Shown here: positions 22,873 to 34,807 of the stretch, one piece after another
Layout of the letters: each line of letters starts with the position of its first letter
Position numbering within the stretch: the stretch's first letter is position 1
From: Massalongia carnosa
Lineage: Eukaryota
Length of the DNA stretch: 64,000 nucleotides
Direction of reading: 5' to 3'
Assembly (NCBI GenBank): GCA_965645245.1
Contig: OZ287073.1
Span: 1,736,001 to 1,800,000, forward strand
Notes under the pieces: generated by a model
What the model saw: the letters and a program-made list of their open reading frames with translations, nothing else
What the model was told of the DNA's origin: nothing
Databases searched by the model: none
Translations under genes and position numbers: made by a program

Positions 22873-24327
22873 TCAATATAGCTCCCATGAGCGGTCTATT
22901 ATCTCATCCAGGCAGGAACACACAGCCATCGTGTCGCTAGCCATACGAAAAAACTCACACACGCCACCTCTATCTTGCTCTGCGCTGCGAGTGTCCTCTT
23001 CTACTATTGGTGTCCCACAGATTCCTTCAGATACCTCTCCTCCTACCGGCCCAAGAGCACTGTATAAGGCTTCCTGATGGAACCTTAAGACTGGGATCAT
23101 TATACCTGTTGTTGCCATTTCCTCAAACTGATATCTTGGCTCGGATACACGCCTGCCCTCTCGCTGGAGGAATATCGTACCACAGGACATTCCATCAGCT
23201 GTGCACCATTGCCCGTAAGACGACTGACTTAGGCGGAGAAGACGGCGTGGTGGAGTAGCATTGAAATACTCGCGGTTGCTGAACTCTATTGAAGGCCGTA
23301 GCTCCACCATGGCGACATCCTGAGCTACCCATCGCTCTTTGATCTCTCCTATCATTTCTTCGGTGACTGTAGTGGGATGAAATACTTCGTCTGAGTCCGG
23401 AAAGCCATGGTTCGCCGCAACTATTACCACATTGCCCAAAGGATTTCGAAGGCAAACCCCATCTGTCGTACAAAGCCGCGAATCGGAGAAATTACCAGCG
23501 GACGTAGTAGGTGATAAGCCCAAACAAACACCAGGCTGAAGTAATCCTAGTCCATACTTTAAGTAGTTAGACCGATCTTGTTCTCTTGGCCCGCTTACCT
23601 TGGCAGGGCATGATCCAACATTTTTGACCAGAAATCGCCAGGACCTAGATGATATTAAAGTGCTTATCCCGGCAACACGACCCGAAAGCGAATGTCTGGC
23701 ATATTCCCGCCCGTCTCGCTCCACTTCTACGTGGATGAAAACACCGGTAAAGTTAATGGCCTGGGGAGTGACAAAACCCATGAGCGCGGCTGTAATTTCT
23801 CTAACCTGTTCGTCGTTCGGTTCTGTCCATCTTTTCACACGGAAGGCAACAGGATCAGGAATGCGGGGGTTGGAGAGGCCATTGTTTCTGGTCCTTGACA
23901 TCCATACGTGGGAGGCTGGGACGAACAGAGCTGAGACACAGGCAACGGTAAGAGGCAAGGGAGTTGGTGGCGAGTCTGTATGAATAACGAGCGTTGGCCA
24001 CTCCAGAGTTAAAACTGGAGCATTGTAGGTTCTTTGAATCCAAATAAGCTCATGGTTTTCCGGGTCGCGGAAATCTCTCTTCTCTTGTTCCCAAAGACTA
24101 AAAGGTGCCTTGTCCAGGATGTGTCTCGATCCTAAGCCTCTCTTGAGCTCTGTCCAGCGAGTTAAAGCCTGCTGTTGTGGAAGCTTGGGTTTTGGCTGGA
24201 TGTCTTTTGAGTCTAGAGATAGTTCCGGCGCTAGGTGTGCATGAGGATAGTAGTAGCGGCTATTAAATTTGGCGTCAAAGTTAGCAAATGGCGTCCTCAG
24301 CTGTAGAAGATTAGTAGTCGTTGGCAA
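22873..24327 (-). CDS. Hypothetical protein with trypsin/chymotrypsin-like peptidase domain (His-Asp-Cys triad candidate); no ATG at the 5' end, which abuts a transposon
   Basis: 484-codon open frame. VAANHGF (His), QDVAMVEL (Asp) and EGICGTPIV (GxCG) occur in trypsin order. Confidence 0.6.
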   Translation of the reverse strand: MPTTTNLLQLRTPFANFDAKFNSRYYYPHAHLAPELSLDSKDIQPKPKLPQQQALTRWTELKRGLGSRHILDKAPFSLWEQEKRDFRDPENHELIWIQRTYNAPVLTLEWPTLVIHTDSPPTPLPLTVACVSALFVPASHVWMSRTRNNGLSNPRIPDPVAFRVKRWTEPNDEQVREITAALMGFVTPQAINFTGVFIHVEVERDGREYARHSLSGRVAGISTLISSRSWRFLVKNVGSCPAKVSGPREQDRSNYLKYGLGLLQPGVCLGLSPTTSAGNFSDSRLCTTDGVCLRNPLGNVVIVAANHGFPDSDEVFHPTTVTEEMIGEIKERWVAQDVAMVELRPSIEFSNREYFNATPPRRLLRLSQSSYGQWCTADGMSCGTIFLQREGRRVSEPRYQFEEMATTGIMIPVLRFHQEALYSALGPVGGEVSEGICGTPIVEEDTRSAEQDRGGVCEFFRMASDTMAVCSCLDEIIDRSWELY

Positions 24328-26057
24328 ACGGCTCGGTGAGAGTTAGGTCATCATACTTAAATTTAGGTTTTTTCAGAGTACGGATGTTGAAAACTCATAT
24401 TCTAATAAGGAGGATCAAATTGTCGATGCTATAAACGCGTGGAACACGGGTGAATTTCGAAGTATACGCGCAGTAGCCATTAATTTCGATGTCGACATTC
24501 GTACGTTTCAAAGACGACTTGCTGGAGGGGGTTCGCGCATCGGTCGATCTGGCCCCAACAAGGCCTTATCTGATGAACAAGAATTGGCCCTTTGTGAATA
24601 TATTGTGATGCTCGATCAAGCCGAACAATCAGCCAGGTTTTCAATGATTCGGGGGGGTGCTAATTATCTACTTCGAGAAGCTCATTTAGACGCCTCCACC
24701 CCCCCCCCCTCACGTCAGCGAGGCCTGGACCAATCGTTTCCTCAATCGTCATCCTCAATTTTTCAAGCGAAAACATAAACCTCTGGCCGCTGAGCGAAAA
24801 CACGCGCACAATGCAAAGGACATGCTCGAGTATTTTGAAGCATATCGAACTGCGCGAAAGACGCGGGGAATAGCGGACGAGGACGTTTGGAACATGGATG
24901 AAACGGGCTTCGAATTAGCTGTGGCAGGGCTCATTGGCTTATATCAACTCACTCCAGAAAGCCCTTGCTATTGACAGATCCAGATAATAGAGAATATGTC
25001 ACCTCGTGTGAGTGTATTAGTGCTGAGGGGCAAAACATTCCCCCCATGATGATTATTGCGGGGGTTTTGATTCTCGAAAAGTGGACACAACAAAACGATC
25101 TGAATGACGATGTTTTGTTGACTACTAGTCCTACCGGCTATTCCAATGATGATTTGGCTATTGATTGGTTGAAACATTTCGATAAACACAGTCGAAAGGG
25201 TCAGGTAGGGGCCTGGCGTATGTTGATCATGGACGGGTATGGATCTCATATGACATATGAGTTTTTTACATATGCCAAACGAAATCACATTGAATCATAT
25301 TGAATTGTTTCATTTGCCTCCTCATTCAACACATCTCACTCAGCCATTGGATGTAGGATGTTTTCAGCCGTTCAAACATTATCATTCCGAAGGCATTGAC
25401 GAAATGGTGCGACTCGGAGGGGCAGATTTCGACAAACTGGATTTTTTGTCCATTTTTCAGCGCATGCGAAATCAAACATTCACCTCATCTACCATATTAT
25501 CGTCATTCAGAAACACGGGTCTGGTGCCTTATAACCCCAATGTGGTAATTCGAAAGCTGGAGGCAATTCAAACTCGGAGACCTGCTACCCCACCCCCACC
25601 TTTGTCAGCCCCTCTGCAAATCGCCAGAACGTGGTTGAATATGGCTTACTCCTTCGAATGAGTTTGAAGAAATACAACGTGCTGGACAATGAATGGGATT
25701 GTCATGTGAATCGATTTGTGAAGGGCTCTATTTCCAATGCGCATGCACGTCAGATTATTGAGCGGGACCTTCGAGCCAGTCAACAACAGTCCATCGCGAA
25801 GGCGGGCCGTAGAAAATTGGATGGAAAGGTCGCCCAGAAGGGAGGGGTCATAACTGTAGGAGATGTACGGGCCAAAACCTCGAAACGTTGTCAGAACGAG
25901 GTGGAAAAGACCAGACTGGCCTATGAACGTGCCACACTAGCTGCTGAAAAGAAGCAGATTGCCCTGGACAAAAGGTATAAAAGAATCGCCAGATCGATGC
26001 CCAGACAATCGAAGCTATTTTACCAGCGTCATAATCAATCAGTTTCTGCATAACCGT
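24328..26057 (+). mobile_element. Degenerate pogo/Fot1-like DNA transposon (transposase pseudogene 24380-26053); ends approximate
   Basis: HTH SIRAVAINFDV, CENP-B-like LSDEQELALCEYI, catalytic motifs VWNMDETG, LIMDGYGSH, QPLDVGCF. The start codon reads ACG and there are several frameshifts. No convincing TIR pair. Confidence 0.85.
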
Positions 26058-26159
26058 TGTTGTCCTCGATTTGTAGCAGAAATGGTAGTGAAATAACAGT
26101 CGATAACTTGAGTCAGTTCCGGTGCAAATCCACTGGCATATACATCTTCAGCCTGCATC

Positions 26160-26992
26160 ATGACTTCAGACCCTTCAAGGCTTCGCGATTATGCCTCTAG
26201 AATCAAAGCATCCTCGCCTCTTGGAACTACCACATTTGTGATTGTTCGTCTGCTAGGACCTTTACTTACCTATTTAGTTCTGGCCCATGGACTCGGCTCC
26301 ATGTCGATGCAGTTTCTGGGGTTCAAGACGATCTATTACAACGGTTCTGGCACTTTTGCGGACCTTACCCTTACCCAATCCGTGATCTTACTGATGGCTG
26401 TTGGAAGTTGCCTAAAGCACGTATATTGGGTATTGGCTGTCTCGGAGCAAGAAATACCCATCGGAACTGGACTCTTAGTTGGACTCATAGAAACCGGGCT
26501 GGACACGGTGAATAGCCTGTTATTTATGCATAGGCTCGAATTTCGCAACGGATTAGAAATCCCTTGGTCCGGCTCGGACAGTCGATACTACTTCGCCATT
26601 CCGCTGTACAGCCTCGGGATTCTACTAGAGACAATCTCTGAAATTCAACGCCGAGATTTTAAACGCACCCCTCTGAACTGCGGGAAGCCCTATAGCAATG
26701 GACTTTTCTCCCTCGCCAGGAACATCAATTATGGGGGTCATATATTATGGAAGACTGGATATTCGTTGGCATCGGGAGGCTGGGTATGGGCCTTGATAGT
26801 CGGTGGATCTCAGCTTTTCGATTTTGTTACACGAGGTGTCCCGGTACTAGATCATTATTGTCAGAAACGGGTATCTCCCTCAAAAAATGGCCAGACGCGC
26901 AAGATTGCAGGCTAATATTTATCTAGTACGGAACTGCATGGATTAAGGTGAGGGAAAAGGTACCATACGTGCTTTTTCCTGGCATATATTAG
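26160..26992 (+). CDS. DUF1295 / steroid 5-alpha-reductase C-terminal-like membrane protein; exons 26160-26870, 26927-26992
   Basis: Multiple TM segments. Motifs LETISEIQR, GLFSLARNINYGG, terminal KVPYVLFPGIY. GT-AG intron with GCTAAT branch site. Confidence 0.85.
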
Positions 26993-27478
26993 TGAAGTTG
27001 TGTTTAGGATGGGGGGACTGAATGGATCAACGCGAGTTGAGAGAGGTTTATTTTGACGAAGAGAAGAGAGCAAATTATAAACGCTAGTAATCGTCGGCTA
27101 GTCGCTCGCTTAATCCTCTCCCTCCAAGAAGCATTCGCTTCTACTCGGGGAAAGCAAACTTCGTAGGAAAGCAAAGCTTCGTAGGCTCGCAACGTTAAAC
27201 CACAACCACATCACTAAAGCACCACCGCATCATTTAAGTTACTATCAGATTTACTGTAACATTATTATATTATTATCACATCGTTAAATTACTATTGCCG
27301 CTTTAATAAAGAGCTGAAACCTAGTAATATCCTAATTTTTCTTGTACATCTCTTTGCAAAGAAGAATCACCTGTAACATCTGTGATGAATGTTATCTCCG
27401 CCTCATCTTCATCTTCATCTTCATCTTCATTATATACTTGAGATTTAGTCTTTTTCGCTTTCTTTCTCTCTTCTTCGA

Positions 27479-30400
27479 AGATAATCAATTTTACATGATA
27501 AATAATCGAGATTAGAACAGCGAGTGATAGATGAATTTATTCAAGCAGCAAAACGCATTCTTGAATGAACATAGCGAAAAGAAGGAAAGCTTGCGTGAGA
27601 AAATCAAGGAGTATCTTGATCTTGTGGGCACACTGTGGGTGACCCGGTGGCGTTACAGTTGCTGAAAAATTCAGCGGAGTTTTTGCAAGCGCAAAAGCAG
27701 ATCGACGACGAAGTCACAAAGGCGCCCAATATCCTCAATGACACTCTACAATCTATTCAACAAACACTGACACGCATAGAACGGAAGGATACAACTTCTC
27801 AAAGCTACGCCGCTGCCGCCACGGGGCGAGGTCGTGATGGACCCGCACTCCTAGCGAACAAAAATGTCAAGTCTCAACCGACTTCAAATGACAAAACACC
27901 CTACACCGAAGGAAGCGCGACGCGCTCGAGAAATCACTGTTCACATAACGGAGAATGCAGATAAAAAAAAATAAAGCTGATGCCAACCAAAGAGCTGGTA
28001 GAAACGTTGCAAAATGGAGCGAAAGGAATACGAGGAGTGTCGCGCTTGTTAAATGGCGACATAAGGATTCGCACGGAGTCATTAGAGGCAAAGAAAACCC
28101 TGCAGGAAAAGACCGACTGGACTCGCATGATGGCCGCCTCCGCAGCGGTGCATACTCGTACCTTCACCGTAAGGGCAAATGGAATCAAGATGGAAAACAT
28201 CAAAGTGGCCAATCAATCAACTGCTATCGCGTACCTGCAGGTCGCCAACGCACGCCTGCATCCTGATCTCAAGATCATCAAAGTAGCTTGGTCAGTCAAG
28301 CCATCAGGGAGAAAAAAGCATACTCCACATTACATATGGAAGTCGCTACTGCCGAGATGGCCAACCGGCTCATTACCGAGGGCCTGATGGAGGACTACGA
28401 AATAAAAGACTGTGAGCGTTTTACATGTGGTTGCACCATGACACAATGCTTCAATTGTCAGAAATATGGCCACATAGGTAGATTATGTCGCAATCCCGCC
28501 GCTTGTGGTCACTGTGCCCGGTGGACATCAAAGTAAAGAATGCAACTTGGAGACAACGGGGCAATACCGTCGATGTGCCGTATGCGGAGAGAAGGGACAC
28601 GAGGCGTGGTCTACAGCATGCAAAATCAGAAAGCCTGAAAAGCGAAAAACCGAAATTGCTATGCAAAATCGCGCTCCACTATACACAATCGAGTCACAAT
28701 CGCCCTTATTCCAGTTTCAAGGAGCGCCGACACTCGCAGCTACTCAAACGAACAAAATTTCGTCAACGTGGAAGATTGTGAACGGCAAGAAAGGAAAAAT
28801 GCACAACGCGGGGCTCTCAGCCGACTCATCACCGGACTCTCCCCGAGGAGAGCAAGTATCAACCTGGGCTAATATAGGCATTATGAATCCTAAAAACATG
28901 ATCAAAGCCTTAGCAAAACCAGCGCTAGGTAGACCCCGCGCAAAATCCGTAGTAACGACAGGCACCCAGGCCACCCCAGTCATAATGGTCGAAACCATGG
29001 AAATCCTATGAGGGACACAAAATCCCTCTCGATATTGCAGTATAATGTCAGAAATGACAGAGTGAGTACTATGATACCCCTCTTAGCAGACACAAACACC
29101 CAGGACTATGATATCATTGCAATACAGGAACCGTGGCGCAACCCATCCGCCCCCACATCGCTCAGTTCATATCAAAGTGGCTTTCACCTTCTATACCGCC
29201 CAGGAGGCGACACCAGAGTGTGCTTCTACATCAACGATTCAATAGACACTGACAGCTGGGAAGTAGAATTTCCCTCGGCCGACATGTGCACGCTAAAAAT
29301 AGAAACATGTACCGAAGGCGTAGCGGGGGTGATTCATATACACAACGTATACAATCCCTCTCCTGCCTCCTATTCGCCCACTAACAGCCCTTCTAATTTA
29401 TCGACCGCTCGGAGCATGCTAACCGAAGGCGTGCATCATATCCTGCTTGGTGATTTCAATCTGCATCATCCATTTTGGAACGGTCCTTCAAGACCTACAC
29501 AACATGCTGCAGCTGATCAATTGTTAGAAATCATCGATGAATTCAATCTCTCGCTAACATTGCCGAAAGACACCGTAACATGGGAAGCAAGAAACACGTT
29601 TAGCACGATCGAGCTAGTTTTCATGTCAGAACATCTAGTTGAAAGACTTGAACATGGCATGACCAGACCAGAATTAAATCAATCGTCCGATCACGTACCG
29701 ATATCAACCCGCATCCTACTCGTTAGCGAGTCGCAACCAAAAACTACGGGATTTCCCGGTGAAACGCCGAACCCGGTGACAACGCCGAATTTTAGAAAAT
29801 TACTCCGCACCACCTTACCCTCTTCAACCATGAATAACACTACCACCACCACGCCAATTGACCAAGCAATTGCTAATTTAGAATCGCAAGAGCGACCATA
29901 TATACTTGCAACTGCTAAGAAATTTGGCCTAGTCGAAAGTACTCATCGGCGGCGATGGAAAGGCCAATCGGTCTCCCGACGGGAGGCTTCATCCACACAT
30001 AAGCAACGCCTCACAACGGTCCAAGAAGAGGCTCTAATCTCACAAATGAATCGATTAACCGACAGAGGAATACCTCCTACCCCTACAATTGTGCGCAATT
30101 TGGCAGAAGAAATGATCAATTCGTCAGTAGGTAGGAACTGGGCGGGAGAATTCACTAAGCGAAATCAAGATAGACTTAAAAGTCTATATTTTACGCAACA
30201 TGGACAGTCTACGCATAAAGTCTGAGTATGCACCTACATTCAAGCAATTCTATGATCAGGTCCTTAGTTTTGACAATATAACTGCCCCTAATTGCGTCGC
30301 ATTTGTGCCTAATAGTCAACATTTCTTCTAGTTGATCGCGGGCATCGAAAAATATAACATCACAGCAGATAACGTCTATAATTGGGACGAAAAGGGCTTT

Positions 30401-33400
30401 TTAATTGGCATGGCCTCTGCCGTAAAGCGAAAAATGACTCTTGAAGCTCTAGAATCGGGGCGCATAACCTATGCGAGTCAAGATGGAAGTTGTGAATTCA
30501 TTAGTCTACTGGCTTGCATATGCGCAAACGGTACCGCTTTACCACCCGCGCTGATCTATAGAGGCGATTCAAAGAAACTTCAGGATACATGGTTAGAAGA
30601 TTGGAGTGTAGATCAGCAAGCTTTCTTCGCGGTCTCCTCCAATGGATGGAGTTATGACCTGCTTGGTCTGAACTGGCTTGGGCGTGTTTTTGAACGATGT
30701 ACGAAGCATATGGGGCATAGAAGGCGGTTGCTGGTGGCGGATGGTCATTCTAGCCACGTCAATATGAAATTCATCAATAAATGCGATGAACTACGAATTC
30801 TATTGATGATTCTACCATCGCATACTACGCACTGGTTGCAACCCCTAGATGTTTCATTGTTTGCCCCCCTGGCCTGGTATTATACGAATGGTCTCAATGA
30901 TATGATGTTTAACTCATTGGGCACAGTGAACATATCAAAAAGAGTCTTCTGGGGTGTTTTTTGGCCTGCCTGGCAGAAGGCCTTCAATGAAAAGAACATA
31001 ATCTCTGGGTTTGAGAAGACAGGCATATGGCCGTACAATCCAAACATCCTACTAGACAAAATCACCAAATCGCCTTCACCAGAGGAGGAACCTAACATCA
31101 TACAAGCACCCAAGACACCTATGACGGGACGGGCGGTTCGTCGCATACAAAAAGCCTACGTAAAAGAGCCAAATAGAGTTTTGTTGTCCAAGATATTTGC
31201 TGCAAATGAGCGTCTCGCAGCTAATCGTTCTATTGATCAACACGTAATTAGGGGCCTATGCGAGGCACTTAAAGAGGGAAAGAAACGACGAAACCGTGGT
31301 AAACGCCTGAATTTGTTAGGTGAAGATTCTGGGCCTCAATTTTTCAGTCCGGGTAGGGTGGCAGCGGCCAGAGTCTATCAGGCTTCAAAAGATGACGAAA
31401 AGACACGACGGCAACAGGATCTCGCTGAAAAACGGGCACAATTAGTTTTGAACAAGTCGCTGAAGGAAAAAGAAAAGCAAGAACGGGCCCTAGTTGCTAT
31501 AGAAAAAAAACGATTGATCGAGGAGGGTAGGCAGGCTAAAGCGGTCGAAAAGCAGGCCCAAAACGAATTGAAAAACGCAAGTACTAAGCCTTCTAAATTA
31601 TCGATGAGGTTGAAATCGACATCTACAGGGCCAAAGCAGGTGCCAAAGTGTCGAAAGCAGTCCCAGGAGCAAAGTGATGATGTCGAGGTGGTTGGTGGAG
31701 TGGAAATGATAATTTCTCGTACATCTAGGGGGAGAGAGGTGCGAAAGCTAAATCATTTTGGCGAATAGAACTTTTTTTCTATACATCAAATTGGACACCT
31801 TCTATGTACATTTTACCAAAGCTTCAGTGTATCAATCGTGGTGGTTGTCGCATGGTAGCAAAAAATAGCAAAGTGCCGAAATTTAGAAATTTCGGCGTTC
31901 TCACCGGGTTCGGCGTTTCACCGGGAAATCCCGTAAACGCAGGGCATGGAAACTTCTGAATTTGGAAAAATTAAGGGAAGCCGAGCGCCACGCACCTTCA
32001 CCGACGTCTCCCCGCACACCTGTCGAGATCGATACATACACAGCATCGATTCAAAACTTCCTACAAAACTTCCTACAAAATGTCATCAATGCAGCCGTTC
32101 CATGGGCGAAACCTAGCGAATATGCTAAGCCTTTCTGGACAGAAGAATGCAACATTGCCATCAAAGCCACACGAAAATTACGCCGCATATGGTCCGACAC
32201 ACGAGATCCAGCGGACTGGTCCAACTACATGAAACCTAATGACAAGAAACAGAAAATTATCCAAAAAGCAAAGAGGACAAATTTTCGTCAAGAGATCAGT
32301 AAGGCTACCGAAATGCTTCAGGGTCTGTGGCGGCTAGCGAAATGGGCCAAAGACAAAACTCACACAGCTAGAGAAGTACCCCAAATGCCGACTTTAAAGT
32401 TCAATAATCAAACAGCAGACACGTTCGATGAGAAAGCCGAAATGCTGAAAAGCATTTTCTTTCCCGCACCACCACCGGCCGACTTAAGCGATATAGAAGG
32501 ATCCTTCTATCCAGCATCGCCGCACTGTCCAATGATCATCACCAGGTCAGAAGTGTCGAAGGCCTTGCATCGGCTCAAGCCCGATAAAGCACCGGGTCCT
32601 GACGGCATATCTAATAGAGTACTCAAGGCATGCGCGGAAAACTTTGTTGAATTACTTAAACCTCTGTTTCAGGCGTGCGTTACACTTTCGTACCATCCCC
32701 GAGCCTACAAAATGGCAAACACAATAGCATTAAGAAAAACAGACAAAGGAAATTATACCACGCCAAAGGCTTACCGACCAATTGCATTACTCAACGCGCT
32801 CAGCAAAGTAATGGAATCTATCATAGGATCAAAAATAACCTATTTAGCGGAAATACATCGGCTCCTACCCGATACACAGATGGGAGCGAGAAAGGGCAGA
32901 TCTACAGAATCAGCTCTAGAATTACTAACCGAACAGGTTCACACGATTTGGGGACAAGGAAAAGATAAAGTAGCCACACTTTTAAGCATGGACGTCGCCG
33001 GCGCGTTTGATACAATTTCACATCAAAGACTAACACACAATCTACGTAAAAGAAAAATCCTGAAATGGATTCCTGATTGGTTAAACAGCTCTTTAAGTGA
33101 TCGTAGCACAACTCTAGATATAAATCGAAAAGCGACCGGATGATTCGCGGTGAGAACTGGCATACCACAGGGCTCTCCTCTCTCATCCATTCTTTATCTA
33201 TTCTATAATGCAGACCTATTGGAAATATGTGAGCGACCAGGCACAAATACAAGTGCCATAGGATTTGTAGACGATGCCAACCTTTTGGCATACGGAAAAA
33301 GCACCGAAGAGAATTGCAAGACTCTGGAGTCAATACACAGACAATGCGAAAAGTGGGCTTCCCGACACGGATCCCTATTCGCTCCGACGAAGTACGAACT

Positions 33401-34807
33401 CATTCACTTGTCCAGAAATCCCAAAAGATTCAATATGACTGCATCCATCAACATTGCAAGCACGGAAATTGAACCTAAAACGGACATTAGAGTCTTAGGC
33501 TTACAAAGTGACACCAAATTGAAATGAGGGCCGCACGTTCGCAAAACTCAAAAGAAAATGGTCAAACAATCCATGGCATTGACAAAAATCTCCACGTCGA
33601 CCTGGGGTGCCACCTTTACCAAAGCAAGGCAAGTTTACAGCGCCGTAGTGCGTCCGGTCATGACACACGGGTCTACCGTATGGCACATGCCCAAAGAAGT
33701 CAAAAAGTCAAAAACGTCAACGAGTAAGCTCTCCATTATGCAAAACAACTGCCTTCGCACCATAACCGGTGCCTTTAAAGCCACTCCCATTCCAGTTCTT
33801 GAAGCAGAGACATACATAGCACCCATAAATGTACACCTCGACACGTTACAGGCGCAGGCCAGACATCGACTCCGAGCTGGAGGTCAATCGAAGGTCATTT
33901 CTTCCGCATGCAGCAAAATAGTTAACAAACTCCGAGACAAGGCAGGTCGCAAACGCCTTCAAAAATCCACTCCGGGAGAGCTGAAGCACACCTGGGCCAA
34001 AAACCTACTGATCGACGCAAAAATGGTGCAACCACCCAAAGCACACCCACCATTGTCCGACCCCCCCCCAGCGCATCTCCGCGAAGTCTACGTAGCAGCG
34101 TTGGCTCGTCAAAAACAAATGCAGACAATTAAAGCACGATAGCGGAAAGTCTGGAACGACTCGTGGAGCGCATATCAAAATCGCGTCACCGAACCCTCCA
34201 TAGCGCAATCAGTCCCACTGAGCAAAAAACGACTGAAAATACACACGCTGCTAAAAAAGGCAGAAAGCGCCCTGACAACACAGATCCGCACCGGTAAGAT
34301 CGGTCTAGCTGACTTCCTCTACCAGCGACGGGTCCCCGCCGTCACCTCACCGGCCTGCCCATGTGGCTGGCACAGACAAACTCCAGAACACGTAATCATG
34401 TTCTGTAGACTCATTGACAATAGAGAACAGATTTTTCGCGCCGCTGGCACGAACAACTATCAACAGAACATCAAAAACTCTAAAGATATTAACTGCTTGG
34501 CTAATGAAAACAGGTCTACTGACCCAATTTTCACTGGCATCTACACTATTGTACAATCAACAGTAGTTTCACTTCTCTTTTCCTTCCCATCTCACAAGGC
34601 GTCACAGTTCTCACAATATTTTCGCTCTGCGTCTCCTGTCCGACGTCGACCCGGTGTCACATCGGACAGCTATCAAGGGATATGGTTTTTACACCTGAAA
34701 AAGGTTTTCCTTGTAACATAACTTAGATAACTTTGCCCGCATGGGCCGGCCTACGGCCGGTGACATATCGGAGTATGAATACATCATCATCATCATCATC
34801 ATCATCA
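27479..34807 (+). mobile_element. Tad1-like non-LTR retrotransposon (LINE), near full length, defective: ORF1 gag-like ~27530-29011, ORF2 APE endonuclease-RT-CCHC 29008-~34560
   Basis: ORF1 zinc knuckles CFNCQKYGHI and CAVCGEKGH. APE motifs IQEPW, GDFNLHH, SDH. RT motifs KAPGPDG, YRPIALL, GIPQGSPLS, FVDD. (CAT)n 3' tail 34782-34807. 9-bp TSD CTTCTTCGA (27470-27478 / 34808-34816). Confidence 0.95.
29747..31933 (+). mobile_element. Pogo/Fot1-like DNA transposon B inserted in LINE ORF2; transposase 29830-31768 with intron 30260-30331 and one frameshift near 30190
   Basis: 43-bp TIRs CGGGATTTCCCGGTGAAACGCCGAACCCGGTGA(C/G)AACGCCGAA with 1 mismatch, and a TA TSD. Removal restores the LINE frame QPKTKRRAWK. 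Motifs YNWDEKGF, VADGHSSH, QPLDVSLF. Confidence 0.96.

Noticed and set aside
24328..26161. ACGG..CCGT as TIRs of the first pogo relic, with the protease-like ORF continuing in frame to an ATG near 26160
   Set aside because: Only 4-5 bp match with no TA duplication. The 34-codon extension is plausible by chance and would overlap the DUF1295 start.
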